Counted from the first letter of the stretch, positions 8,446 to 18,116 are shown. The stretch: 64,000 nucleotides of DNA from a bacterium (GCA_030647355.1 JAUSIS010000009.1:512-64511), one strand, 5' to 3'. A program made the numbers and translations. The notes: generated by a model not told the origin, from the letters alone.

Positions 8446-10166
8446 TTCACACCTCCAGGAAGATCGGCGGCGGCGAGGAAGGCTCGAAAACGAGAATCGG
8501 TAAGCGGCTCATCGAACTGCCGTCTGCCAACTACCCGGAAGCCATGTTGGTCAGCCAGTTCGGAGAGATAATCCAGCCATTCTGGAGAAATCCCATCTGA
8601 GATGGAATATACTCCGTTTTTACGACCAGCCAATCCCAGCAGAAATGTTTCGGTCATACAGCCAAACAGCGTACCGGGACGGAAGCCGAAGTTGAATGTC
8701 TGGTCTAACACCTCGGGCGCTGCGACAATCCCACCATCTATAACCAAGAGGGACTGGCGCCTATCAACCTCTCTGGCAATGTCGCGCGGGCGAGCCAGGT
8801 CAATGATGATAGACCCGCGTTGGAAGTCTTCGCTTTCGATCTTCAGTCCACCAATTGCACTGGTGACTGTGACAAAAAGCTTAGAGCTTTTCAGCGCCTC
8901 ACTTAGCGTTACTACCCGAGCGTTGGTCAGTTGATACCGTCTTATGAACGGCTCTAGATCGGCCTGATGCTTGACCAGCAGCAGTTCCTTGACATGTGGC
9001 GCCAGGAGAATTGCTACCGACTTACCCACAGAACCGACTCCAACGATGGCAACTGATTCCCGGGAGAGATCATAACCGGCCTTCCCGACGATCGCCATGA
9101 ATGCTTCGACACCGCTGACGGATGTGTAGCCGTTGCCAGTAGTTATGGCGAGTCTGTCCTTGAACGTATCGCCGATAACCTTGCCGCCTTCACCGGCAAT
9201 CGAGGTATAGCCGCCGAGGCCAACAACCGCGCATCCCTGCATTTCCAGGTACCCAACGGCTTTGGTGATAACTGGTACTGTTTTGCAAGAGGGCCACTTT
9301 TTGAGCTCGCTGGCAGTGAGAGGCACTCCATGGAAGATCATCTCGATAACTTGTCCGGTTCGACTGCGGATAGTGATTCTACCCATTGAGTAGAAAACAA
9401 CCGGGATCGCTCGACGAAGGACATTGAAGACAAACCGAGCCGGCAGGTATTTCATGAACTTAAACTTCTGGGAGGCTTTCTCTTTGAAGAACTTCGGATC
9501 GTTTGTTGTGTTGACAACAAATCCCATCCGGAGAACACCAGGGCGAGGCGGTTTCTTTGCCCACTTCTTTTTTGTTAAGTCTTCCCAGATCGTTGGTTCC
9601 TTTCCTGCCCACAGTCGCTTGATGTTGGAGTGATGCTTGAGGATGATGAGCAAGGAAAAGATAGACAGCGGCACAGAAATCCAGTGGCTTGGCTCGAAGA
9701 GGAGAGAAAGCAGAGCCAGAGCAAGGGCAGCGATGATTGTGGCAAGTGACACATAGCCCCCTAGGATCAGGGCAACTAGCCAGATGCCAAAGACAATGAA
9801 GCCCAGAGCAGGGTTCACTCCAAAGACAACGCCAAGCGAGGTAGCGGCGGCTTTGCCGCCTTTGAACTTGAGGAATACCGAGCAGAAATGCCCGAGGATT
9901 GCCATGCCCCCAACTAAGATAATACCATCAGGAAGAGCATGACAAAGACGGTAGATAACAACCGGCAGAAGACCTTTCGTCACGTCGAGAAAGAAGGTCG
10001 CGATCCCCCAAGGTACCCAACCAATAACTCGACCGACATTGGTGGCGCCGATGTTTCCGCTTCCCATCTTCATGAGATTTACCCCTTTGGCCTTACAGAT
10101 CCAGACTCCAAAGGGAAGAGAACCGATGAAGTACGATACGATGCTGAACGCTATCAGCAGTTTCAT
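8442..10166 (-). CDS. plsY: Glycerol-3-phosphate acyltransferase PlsY fused to a C-terminal long-chain acyl-ACP reductase-like (COG5322) NAD(P)-binding domain
   Basis: Residues 1-190 carry PlsY motifs GSGNIGATNVGR, DVTKG, GHFCSVFLKFKGGKAAAT, KHHSNIKRL. The C-terminal part carries GLGGYTSI, TTGNGYT, VAIVGVGSVG, IDLARPRD, DGGIV, LFGCMTE and HGF, as in AAR-like proteins. Confidence 0.85.
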   Translation of the reverse strand: MKLLIAFSIVSYFIGSLPFGVWICKAKGVNLMKMGSGNIGATNVGRVIGWVPWGIATFFLDVTKGLLPVVIYRLCHALPDGIILVGGMAILGHFCSVFLKFKGGKAAATSLGVVFGVNPALGFIVFGIWLVALILGGYVSLATIIAALALALLSLLFEPSHWISVPLSIFSLLIILKHHSNIKRLWAGKEPTIWEDLTKKKWAKKPPRPGVLRMGFVVNTTNDPKFFKEKASQKFKFMKYLPARFVFNVLRRAIPVVFYSMGRITIRSRTGQVIEMIFHGVPLTASELKKWPSCKTVPVITKAVGYLEMQGCAVVGLGGYTSIAGEGGKVIGDTFKDRLAITTGNGYTSVSGVEAFMAIVGKAGYDLSRESVAIVGVGSVGKSVAILLAPHVKELLLVKHQADLEPFIRRYQLTNARVVTLSEALKSSKLFVTVTSAIGGLKIESEDFQRGSIIIDLARPRDIAREVDRRQSLLVIDGGIVAAPEVLDQTFNFGFRPGTLFGCMTETFLLGLAGRKNGVYSISDGISPEWLDYLSELADQHGFRVVGRRQFDEPLTDSRFRAFLAAADLPGGVK

Positions 10167-10253
10167 TTTGTGCCCCTCCTTAAGGTGCTAGTTTGATATA
10201 AATATGTTAAGGTAATGTCTACCTGTAATGCTGACATTATATCTTCTCGTCTC

Positions 10254-10300
10254 AAAAAGAGCAACCCTCACTAAGGTGCCAAGCGAGGGTTGCTCTTTTT
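10254..10300. terminator. Bidirectional-type intrinsic terminator
   Basis: Perfect 16-bp inverted repeat AAAAAGAGCAACCCTC / GAGGGTTGCTCTTTTT just downstream of the PRTase gene. Confidence 0.8.
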
Positions 10301-10306
10301 ATTTAA

Positions 10307-10957
10307 TTATGAAAGCTCTTGGGCGTTTTTTGATAGGAGTTCAACGACTTCATCATCTGTTACCTGAGGAAAGTTTTCATAGTAACCACCGATTGCTCCA
10401 AGAAAAAATTCTGGATTAGTAGCCACTACCAGATCGTCTACTTTGTTGTTTATTTGGGTGGCGACATCAGGTGGTGCAACAGGTACGGCAACGACGACTT
10501 TCTTGGGATTTCTTTTTTTGATTTCATGAATGGCAGCCAGCATAGTAAGACCGGTGGCAATCCCATCGTCAATAATGATGGCAATTTTATTCTTGACATC
10601 AACAGATTCGTGTCCATTAAGATACACCACTCGCCTTCTTTTAGCTTCTTCTCTTTGTTTTTCTATTTCCTCCACAAGCCAGGTTTGGTCAAGGGATGCT
10701 AATGTTGCCTTGTCGCCAACCAAAAAGCCATCTTCCGTAATTGCCCCGACAGCATATTCAGGATTAAGCGGGTGACCTATTTTACGTGTAATCACAATAT
10801 CGAGCGGGCAATGAAACAATTGAGCTACTTCGGAGGCAACAACAACTCCTCCCCGAGGCAAACCATAAATAACAGCCGGTTTACTATAATATGTTTTTAG
10901 TTTGGCTGCTAACTTGCGTCCCGCATCATTTCTATCGAGAAAATATGTATCATCCAT
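10307..10957 (-). CDS. Phosphoribosyltransferase (COG1926 type)
   Basis: F.DR.DAG, GLPRGGV, RKIGHP.NPEYA.GA, IIDDGIATG, VAVPVAP, YYENFPQVTD. Confidence 0.9.
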   Translation of the reverse strand: MDDTYFLDRNDAGRKLAAKLKTYYSKPAVIYGLPRGGVVVASEVAQLFHCPLDIVITRKIGHPLNPEYAVGAITEDGFLVGDKATLASLDQTWLVEEIEKQREEAKRRRVVYLNGHESVDVKNKIAIIIDDGIATGLTMLAAIHEIKKRNPKKVVVAVPVAPPDVATQINNKVDDLVVATNPEFFLGAIGGYYENFPQVTDDEVVELLSKNAQELS

Positions 10958-11236
10958 TTGAACCTTCTTTTATGGTTCCATTAAAACATCTGTTCGATAG
11001 TCATTCTTTGGGAAAAATCACTAGGGAGAAAAGTGGGCATTTGCTTTATTAGAATAATTATATGATTTGCCTAATGTTTTGCAATAGATTTGTTAAAATG
11101 AGTGTTCTAGTAAAATACTCCTCGATTTAGTGGAAAACGGGTGGCGATTACCCAATTGTTTCTTTTGTTGTTTTGCACAATGACTTTAGCTTCCAAGAAG
11201 TTGATAATAGCTTTGAATTAAAAGAAAGGAAAACAT

Positions 11237-11398
11237 ATGTGGGGACAATGGGTCATCATCATAGCCGGTATCTGGGTAATCATCTCAGGTTATTTGTTCG
11301 AAGGCGCCGCCCTGATCGCTAACCTGTGGATTACCGGGATAATCATTATCGCCCTGGGTATTTGGGGCGCTTCAATGGCATCAAAAATGATGAAATAG
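11237..11398 (+). CDS. 53-aa two-helix membrane protein (SPW-repeat-like), absent from the ORF track
   Basis: AAAGGA RBS, ATG 11237; MWGQWVIIIAGIWVIISGYLFEGAALIANLWITGIIIIALGIWGASMASKMMK*; followed by a GCCGCCAG/CTGGCGGT-T7 terminator. Confidence 0.7.
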   Translation: MWGQWVIIIAGIWVIISGYLFEGAALIANLWITGIIIIALGIWGASMASKMMK

Positions 11399-11468
11399 TT
11401 TAAAGTGGAAAATTAAAATAGCCGCCAGTTGGAATCAAACCCTCATTGTAAGGTTTCTGGCGGTTTTT

Positions 11469-11795
11469 TTATTTAGTTAGTTCAGCAGAAACTCTGTTTT
11501 CCAATTTTCCCATAGTATCTAAAAAACTTTTTTCAAGATCAATATTATAATTGTTGGCAAGAACAAATAAGCAATACAGGCAATCAGAAAGCTCGTGGGC
11601 AAGTTCCTCGTCACTATTTGGCTCTGTCCGCCTGCCCTCTTTGGCCATGATTAGCTTTCCAAGATCGCCGATATCGCCGACTAGGCCTTGATAAATCTCC
11701 TGATTGGACCATTTTGATCCGAATCTTTTTTCTTGTAGTTCGATGTATTTTTGTCTGACTTGCATCGCGCGATAGGTCGCTTCTTTAATTGTCAT
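11469..11795 (-). CDS. MazG-like nucleotide pyrophosphohydrolase
   Basis: W...E...GLVGDIGDL.K...LAHELSDCLY...IDLEKSF pattern. Confidence 0.8.
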   Translation of the reverse strand: MTIKEATYRAMQVRQKYIELQEKRFGSKWSNQEIYQGLVGDIGDLGKLIMAKEGRRTEPNSDEELAHELSDCLYCLFVLANNYNIDLEKSFLDTMGKLENRVSAELTK

Positions 11796-12004
11796 ATATC
11801 TCCTAATAGTTCAATTCTACTACTTAGGTAGAAATTTGCAACGAACAGGTTTGACACATGTTTTTGTTTATAATAGTATGAGCTTGCCTTTAATAAGGTC
11901 ATTTGGATGTTTTTTATCCGCTCGTTCTTTGATAATTCATTGGAAAAGGAGGCAAAGTAAAGCCAAAAATCATTTTGTCCGAACGAATCTAAAGGAGAAG
12001 CGAT

Positions 12005-14863
12005 TTGACAATCAAGGCAAAACCAGAAAAGACGGGAACGAAAAAGGTAAAGCGCCGTAGGATAACGACTATCTACGTGCGCACCAACAGCGATCCCGAG
12101 GCGATTAGTCTGTTGAAAGACCTTAAGAGCCAAGGATATTTGCTGGACGACTTGAGAATTGAGCATGTCTACCGCGTAGAGGGCACGGCGCAGGCGAGCG
12201 ATCTGCTCCCGATGTTTGCCAATCCCCTGTACCAGATGTTCGATCGCAAGACGATGCTCACCGACAATGAAGGGCCGATCGTCGAGATTGGCTATCAGCG
12301 GGCAGTAACCGATCCGGAGAAGCATAGCGCTCTCGATGGCGCGAAGGCTCTTGGGATCGAAGGTGTTGATTGGGTGCGTTTGAGTAAACGCTATCAGTTC
12401 ATCGGCGCAACACCAGCGGAAGCAGAGCGTATCGCCAGAGAGCAGCTCTACAACCCAATCATCCAGGCAGTCATTGATCCTGCCAAGCCGTGGGAGTCAC
12501 TGAAGCCAAGCGGGAAGCCCGATCCGATCAGGCGTATCAGCTTGAAGGGTATGACAGGCAAACGACTCATCAAGCTGAGCGAAGACAACTCCTGGTATGC
12601 GCCGTTGTCGCAGTTGAAAGCATTGCAGGCCTACGAACACAAGATCGGCCGGCCACTGACTGACGCAGAGATTGAAATCACAGTACAATCGTGGTCCGAT
12701 CACTGCTATCACACGACTTGGCGCGGCTTGGGCCTGCTAGAGAAACTGCAGGCGGCGACAGCGCGGATCAACCATCCGCTGGTCGTATCGGTATTCCATG
12801 ACAATGCCGGAGCTATGCGACTTGGACCGAATGGGGATCAAGTAGTACTCATTAAAGGCGAGACGCACAACTTCCCGTCGGCTATTGCTACTTTCGGCGG
12901 AGTCGCTACCAAGCACGGCGGAGTCATTCGTGACGCGATCGGTTTCGGTCGGGGCGGTTATCCGATCGGCGGCTCGACAATCATGGGCACGATGGATCCG
13001 CGCACAGCGATGGCGGATGTGCCGAAAGGCGCTCTCCATCCACGCAAGATCCTTGTTGAGTCCATTCAGGCAACAGGTTATTACTGCAACCCGATGGGCA
13101 TTCCCATGATGAAGCCGGCATACTATATACATCCCGGATTTCCCAAGTGTTTGGCGCTCGGTCACACGCTAGGGATAATCCCGTATATGTATGCGCTGAA
13201 GGAGGATCCCAAGCCCGGCGACAAGGTAGTGCTGTTCGGAGGCCTGACGGGACGGGACGGAGTGCATGGCGCAACTGCCAGTTCGGCAGCCATGACTTCC
13301 GAAACTCTCACCAAGGACAAGGCGGCGGTGCAAATCGGATTGCCAATCATCGAGCGTAAGTTCATGACGGCAGTTCCCGAATGGCGCGACCGTAGTTGCC
13401 TAAGGTCAATCACTGATCTGGGAGCCGGCGGTATCTCGTGTGCCGTCGGCGAGCTCGGGAAGCGAGGGGTCAAGATCCATTCGGATCGTGTGCCCCTCAA
13501 AGACAGTAGCTTGTCTCCCTGGGAGATCCTGCTATCAGAATCCCAGGAGAGAATGCTGGCGGCTGTGCCGCCCGAGAAGATAGATGAATTCATCGAGATC
13601 GCGGAGAAGTACGATATTCAGTACACGATCCTCGGCGAATTCAACGACAGTGGGAAGTATTCCGTCTTCCATGGTGACGAGCAGTTCGTTGATTTGGACA
13701 TGAACTTCCTCTGGAAGCAATGTCCAATTGACAATGTCATCGTGGAGCCGGCAATACGACCGTATGTCGAATTGAATATTGACGAGCCGACGACTGCAGA
13801 CGAGTGGCGAGCAGCGGCAATTGAGCTGCTTCGACACTGGCATTGCTGCGATCAATCGGCGGCCGGTACTCAATTCGATTCGACAGTCCAGGGGCAAACG
13901 GTTGTCGGACCGTACGGGGGAGCGCATGGAGACATGCCAACCGGAGCGACGGTGCTGGCACCGCTCGAGGATGCATTCGACGGAGTAGCGTTCTCCATTG
14001 CCTATCACCCGTATTACGGAGATCTCGATCCGGCCGGAATGGCGAGATTGGCCGTAATAGAAGCCATCGCCAAGCTGATATCGGCCGGAGTTCCTTTAAG
14101 CCAAATTGGACTTTGCGATAACTTCTACGCTCCCAAGATTCGACCGGATGTTGCGGCTGATCTAGTTGGAGTAGTGGATGTAATCTGCGAAGCTTCCGAG
14201 GTCTTTGGGACACCGTTCATCTCCGGTAAGGACTCGAGCTCGGGGACATTCAAAGCCGATGACGGAACCCTGATTGACGTGCCCTTCAGTCTGGTAGTTG
14301 CCGGCATGGGAATTCTGCCGGATGTGCGAAAGACGGTCACATCGGAGTTCAAGGAAGCAGGCAACCAGCTTATCTATGTGGGAGCGTGCTGGCCGAACAA
14401 GAGATTTCTCGGTGCATCTACTTATGCTGTCATGGAAGATAAGAAAGGCGGTCGGCTGCCGAGAGATGGGACCTTATCCGAGCACAAGACGACATTCGAG
14501 GCGATTCATGAGCTGATGGAGAGAGGTCTTGTCCGTTCTGCTTCCGCCATGACAAGCGGCGGCATCTGGGCAAGTATCTTCAAGTCATGCTTGGGATCGG
14601 ATCTCGGTGCTGAGCTGACTCTCAACCAGATCAGCGATCAGTTGTCAGCTCCTTTGTTCGGAGAAGCGCCAGGCGGTTTCATTCTGGAATTCGATCAGAA
14701 GACCGACGCTAAAGTACTAATGGGCTTAGACTGGTGTGAGATAGGCACAGTTACCCAAGATCCAGTCGTTCGAGTACTCTGGCGGGGTGAAGAGAAGTTC
14801 CAGGCGACAGTTGAAGAGCTGGCGAAAGAATGGCGCCAGCCGTTTGCGGAGGTGATCGGATGA
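12005..14863 (+). CDS. purL: Phosphoribosylformylglycinamidine synthase subunit PurL with an N-terminal PurS-like extension
   Basis: QSWSDHCYH, KGETHNFPS, GGVIRD, TGRDGVHGA, DLGAGG, LLSESQERM, PFISGKDS; TTG start after an AAGGAG RBS. Confidence 0.92.
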   Translation: MTIKAKPEKTGTKKVKRRRITTIYVRTNSDPEAISLLKDLKSQGYLLDDLRIEHVYRVEGTAQASDLLPMFANPLYQMFDRKTMLTDNEGPIVEIGYQRAVTDPEKHSALDGAKALGIEGVDWVRLSKRYQFIGATPAEAERIAREQLYNPIIQAVIDPAKPWESLKPSGKPDPIRRISLKGMTGKRLIKLSEDNSWYAPLSQLKALQAYEHKIGRPLTDAEIEITVQSWSDHCYHTTWRGLGLLEKLQAATARINHPLVVSVFHDNAGAMRLGPNGDQVVLIKGETHNFPSAIATFGGVATKHGGVIRDAIGFGRGGYPIGGSTIMGTMDPRTAMADVPKGALHPRKILVESIQATGYYCNPMGIPMMKPAYYIHPGFPKCLALGHTLGIIPYMYALKEDPKPGDKVVLFGGLTGRDGVHGATASSAAMTSETLTKDKAAVQIGLPIIERKFMTAVPEWRDRSCLRSITDLGAGGISCAVGELGKRGVKIHSDRVPLKDSSLSPWEILLSESQERMLAAVPPEKIDEFIEIAEKYDIQYTILGEFNDSGKYSVFHGDEQFVDLDMNFLWKQCPIDNVIVEPAIRPYVELNIDEPTTADEWRAAAIELLRHWHCCDQSAAGTQFDSTVQGQTVVGPYGGAHGDMPTGATVLAPLEDAFDGVAFSIAYHPYYGDLDPAGMARLAVIEAIAKLISAGVPLSQIGLCDNFYAPKIRPDVAADLVGVVDVICEASEVFGTPFISGKDSSSGTFKADDGTLIDVPFSLVVAGMGILPDVRKTVTSEFKEAGNQLIYVGACWPNKRFLGASTYAVMEDKKGGRLPRDGTLSEHKTTFEAIHELMERGLVRSASAMTSGGIWASIFKSCLGSDLGAELTLNQISDQLSAPLFGEAPGGFILEFDQKTDAKVLMGLDWCEIGTVTQDPVVRVLWRGEEKFQATVEELAKEWRQPFAEVIG

Positions 14864-15609
14864 GAAACCTCATCAAGAAAGTGGCGATCCTCTGCGGACC
14901 CGGCACCAATTGCCACGCCGAGACGGCGCGGGCCCTCCGGCTGGTCGGTCTGGATAGCGCGATCGTACAGATCAGCGAGATCCTGAACGGTCAGGTCAGA
15001 CTGAACGACTACTGGGCACTCGTCATTCCCGGCGGATTTTCCTGGGGAGACCACTTCGGATCGGGGCGGATATTTGCCCTTTTCCTGAGACGATTCCAGG
15101 ACGATCTCCGCCAGATGGTCGAGGGTGATTCGCCTATCCTGGGGATATGCAACGGTTTCCAGGTGTTGACGGAAACAGGATTACTGCCCGATCTGACAAT
15201 CGGTGAGCCAAAAGTGGCACTTGTGACCAACGCATTGGCTCGGTTTGAGAGCCGATCGGTTGATCTGTGGGTTCCCGAAACCAAGAGTTTCTGGACCAAG
15301 GGTCTTGGCGGTTCAGTTCTCCGCCGGTTGCCGGTAGCCCACGGCGAAGGAAACCCATTCATCCCAACCGGGACGGATATATTGCCCGGAGTATTCTACG
15401 CCAAGGATGGCAAACCGACCACCGAGTATCCTTTCTGCCCCAATGGTTCCCCGGGCGGTATAGCGGGACTCATTGATAGCAAGAAGAAGCTGGTGTTCGG
15501 CCTGATGCCGCATCCCGAGCGGGCATGCCGCCAAGGCGTTCATCCTTCAAGCGACGGATTGAAGATCTTCCAGAATCTGGCGGATTACCTGAACAGTCGT
15601 CCTCTGTAG
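14860..15609 (+). CDS. purQ: FGAM synthase glutaminase subunit PurQ
   Basis: PGTNC, PGGFSWGD, LGICNGFQ, VAHGEG, PNGS, GLMPHPER; ATGA overlap with purL. Confidence 0.95.
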   Translation: MRNLIKKVAILCGPGTNCHAETARALRLVGLDSAIVQISEILNGQVRLNDYWALVIPGGFSWGDHFGSGRIFALFLRRFQDDLRQMVEGDSPILGICNGFQVLTETGLLPDLTIGEPKVALVTNALARFESRSVDLWVPETKSFWTKGLGGSVLRRLPVAHGEGNPFIPTGTDILPGVFYAKDGKPTTEYPFCPNGSPGGIAGLIDSKKKLVFGLMPHPERACRQGVHPSSDGLKIFQNLADYLNSRPL

Positions 15610-15620
15610 GAGACTCACTG

Positions 15621-15651
15621 ACCGGACAACGATCTGTTGTCCGGTTTTTTC
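15621..15651 (+). terminator. Intrinsic terminator of purLQ
   Basis: ACCGGACAAC-gatct-GTTGTCCGGT followed by a T run. Confidence 0.85.
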
Positions 15652-15683
15652 ATTATCTAGAGAAATTTGTTTTTATATAATCC

Positions 15684-15974
15684 TCATTTATATTGTTTTT
15701 CAAGTTTTCTAAGAGCTTTGTCAAGATCCTTTGTTAGGAGTTCAATGTGCTGCTTGGCGACACTTAGGATTTTCCGGTTCTTCTTTTGATGCAGATATTT
15801 CAGGTGAAATTGAATCTCATCCTCCCTTTCTCGCATAGTATGCAACGAGCTGAGCCAAGTTTGATCGGCAGCTAGCCCTAACTTTTCAACTCGACCCTTC
15901 AACTGCTCCACATCATAAGCGTCTCTTTCGAGCTTTGCTCTCATTTTCTTGATATATATTTCACGATCTTTCAT
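15684..15974 (-). CDS. Small coiled-coil protein
   Basis: MKDREIYIKKMRAKLE... after a GGAGG RBS; helical heptad pattern. Confidence 0.6.
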   Translation of the reverse strand: MKDREIYIKKMRAKLERDAYDVEQLKGRVEKLGLAADQTWLSSLHTMREREDEIQFHLKYLHQKKNRKILSVAKQHIELLTKDLDKALRKLEKQYK

Positions 15975-16096
15975 GTTACCTCCGTAACTGGTTAATAAAG
16001 TCATTTTAAATATTTGGGCAAGTAAAGTCTATGGAGAGCACGCCAATTATGAATTTTCATAATTAAACGCTGAACTATTGAGTATACAATTAGGGC

Positions 16097-16450
16097 ATGA
16101 TAACTACTAAATCAATTTATAAACCCCCGAATTCGCATGACGGTTATCGTATTCTGGTTGAACGGTATTGGCCGGAAGGAGTAGTTGACGAAGAATCGGC
16201 GATCGATTTTTGGCTGCAGGAGATAGCACCAAGCGATGATTTAAAAAAGTTATATTCTGGGGATTTAAAAAAATGGTCTGAGTTTAAAGCTAAATACTTT
16301 GAGGAATTAGAAGATAAGAAAAGTGCAATCATGATAATAGTCAACCGAGCAAGGGAGGGTGATGTAACATTGCTACAGGCTTCAGGACGAGACATATATA
16401 CACCTGGAGAAGCTATCCGGGAATTTATTTATCGAAACTATAACTTATAA
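16097..16450 (+). CDS. DUF488 / YeaO family protein
   Basis: KSIY.P...DGYRILVERYWPEGV...IDFWLQEIAPS..L.K. Confidence 0.85.
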   Translation: MITTKSIYKPPNSHDGYRILVERYWPEGVVDEESAIDFWLQEIAPSDDLKKLYSGDLKKWSEFKAKYFEELEDKKSAIMIIVNRAREGDVTLLQASGRDIYTPGEAIREFIYRNYNL

Positions 16451-16480
16451 CCCACTATCCGGGGCTTTTATGTAAATTAC

Positions 16481-16520
16481 TTGACAAGTGGACAGCTCTA
16501 TGCTTTAATGAGTTAAAGCA
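16481..16520 (+). promoter_or_regulatory. Sigma70 promoter overlapped by a 20-bp palindromic operator (TGCTTTAA-TGAG-TTAAAGCA)
   Basis: TTGACA 16481-16486, 17-nt spacer, TGcTTTAAT extended -10; palindrome 16501-16520 ends on the A of the start codon of the TrpR-like gene. Confidence 0.75.
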
Positions 16521-16834
16521 TGAAAGCGATTATGGACAGAAGTATTGAAAAACAATTTATCACCAGAGACGCGATGCAATTCTATCAAGCGATTTATCGT
16601 CTTGGAGACGAGATAGAGGTTGCTATGTTTTTGCGCGATGTTATGACGCTAGAGGAACTAGAGGAAGTAATTCGCCGGTTTAAGGTAGCGAAGATGCTTT
16701 CTGAAGGTAAAACATTTAGAAATATTGCCAAAGAGACAGGAGTATCTTCGGCTACGGTTGCTCGGGTTAATAGTTGGTTAAATCATGGAACTGGGGGATA
16801 TGGAATTGCATTGAAGGATGTCTCGATTAGTTAG
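16520..16834 (+). CDS. TrpR-like repressor, YerC/YecD (HisR) family
   Basis: FLRDVMT.EEL....RFKVAKML..GKTFRNIAKETGVSSATVARVN.WL.HGTGGY. Confidence 0.9.
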   Translation: MKAIMDRSIEKQFITRDAMQFYQAIYRLGDEIEVAMFLRDVMTLEELEEVIRRFKVAKMLSEGKTFRNIAKETGVSSATVARVNSWLNHGTGGYGIALKDVSIS

Positions 16835-16863
16835 ATACCTTTCAAAAGCACTTCTATATTTCC

Positions 16864-16890
16864 AAAAATCCGCTCTAAAGGCGGATTTTT
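16864..16890 (+). terminator. Terminator-like hairpin between the YerC-like gene and hisI
   Basis: AAAAATCCGC-tctaaag-GCGGATTTTT. Confidence 0.65.
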
Positions 16891-16915
16891 GGTATCAACA
16901 CAAAGGAGAGACGGA

Positions 16916-17287
16916 ATGGATTACTCAAAGCTGAAAGCGGGTAAGGAGAAAGTCATCATGGCGGTGGTACAGGATGCTATGACAAAGAAAGTATTGATGG
17001 TGGGGGTGATGAACAAGGATGCGCTGGATAAGACATGTCGGACCGGAATGGCAACTTTCTGGTCAAGATCACGAAAAAAGCTATGGACCAAAGGAGAGAC
17101 AAGCGGGAACTACCTACGAGTGGAAAGGATTCAATTCGATTGCGATCAAGATTCCTTGCTGCTTTCGGTCAATCCAACTGGACCGATCATCTGTCATATG
17201 GGTGCAGAAAGTTGTTTTGAGCAGGTTAATGGGACTTTGAATATTATGTGGATTCGCGGTATGGAGCAAAATTTGTCCGACACTTGA
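16916..17287 (+). CDS. hisI: Phosphoribosyl-AMP cyclohydrolase
   Basis: VQD....VLM...[34 protein letters not shown]; AAGGAG RBS; GGAGC-TTCG-GCTCC-T terminator after the stop. Confidence 0.92.
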   Translation: MDYSKLKAGKEKVIMAVVQDAMTKKVLMVGVMNKDALDKTCRTGMATFWSRSRKKLWTKGETSGNYLRVERIQFDCDQDSLLLSVNPTGPIICHMGAESCFEQVNGTLNIMWIRGMEQNLSDT

Positions 17288-17379
17288 ACTAATTGGGAGC
17301 TTCGGCTCCTTTTTTTCTTGCAAAATACTGATTGAATGATAGAATTTAACCACAAACCAATCCGAGAGGGAGTGATTCA

Positions 17380-17961
17380 TTGTTAAGGGAATACAAATAC
17401 CTACTGCCCACAGAGGAAGCAGATGTTCTTACGGGCTTGATACTACTCGATGTGCTGCGGCGGATACCAGCCAAGCGCATCACAGTTGACGAACAACATA
17501 CTCGGGTCATGGATATCGCCCATGCGATTGAGAACTTGAGTGCCTTCAAGAAGCCAACTTCAAAGATGAAGCTCAAGGCAGTCCAGGGTGTTGCCAGCAG
17601 GGCGATTCGCCAGATTAGCGAGGCAGCAGGACGTCTGGCGAAGGAGACCACTGGCGACAAGTGGGAACGGGAGACTGCTTTCACTGAATATCGAGTGCAA
17701 CTTCGGGCGGCGCTGGTTTCACGGTTGATTCTGATTCGGACACACGATGGCATGGAACAATGGCGACTGGCGAGGGAGGCAGCGATCAAGATTGCGTTGA
17801 AGAAGGCCGGTGTTGCTGCGGCGTATGTGGTCGGAGCGGCTGCTGTTCTGATTGTAGCCAATGCGTTTCGAGGCGAAGACCTCGAGAAAGCGCATGCGAG
17901 AGGTGTCCGCAAGAGAGATGCGATCGAGCATGCCCGTCTTGACGCCCAGAATAAGAAGTGA
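17380..17961 (+). CDS. Hypothetical helical protein (GC-rich unit)
   Basis: 193-aa ORF with a GAGGGAG RBS and a downstream CCGGCTC/GAGCCGG-T7 terminator; no recognisable motif. Confidence 0.55.
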   Translation: MLREYKYLLPTEEADVLTGLILLDVLRRIPAKRITVDEQHTRVMDIAHAIENLSAFKKPTSKMKLKAVQGVASRAIRQISEAAGRLAKETTGDKWERETAFTEYRVQLRAALVSRLILIRTHDGMEQWRLAREAAIKIALKKAGVAAAYVVGAAAVLIVANAFRGEDLEKAHARGVRKRDAIEHARLDAQNKK

Positions 17962-18116
17962 TCAGTTGACACAAGTTTGTTATCCGGCTCGTCAGAGCCG
18001 GTTTTTTTATACTAAAAACGTGGTAGAGTGGATTGACAGTAAGCGATCCTTTTCATACGATGCCAGCAGAAGACGAACGCTAATAATCAAAGATTATCTG
18101 GTAGGGAGGGTTTGGA

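Noticed and set aside
11878-11925. Possible three-stem junction in the purL leader as a purine, ZTP or PRPP riboswitch
   Set aside because: It lacks the conserved nucleotides of those aptamers, the stems are short, there is no terminator, and the 5' strand overlaps the likely -10.
11792-15543. Many overlapping alternative-frame and antisense ORFs across purL/purQ (also in pyrEF, tyrA, purN, plsY and the acetate-CoA ligase)
   Set aside because: Shadow ORFs expected opposite or within long, mostly GC-rich genes; no motifs or RBS support.
16470-16486. TGTAAA-ttac-TTGACA as a second site for the XRE-Hsp20 repressor
   Set aside because: Spacing and arms differ from the 38305 operator, and the match is explained by the -35 box.
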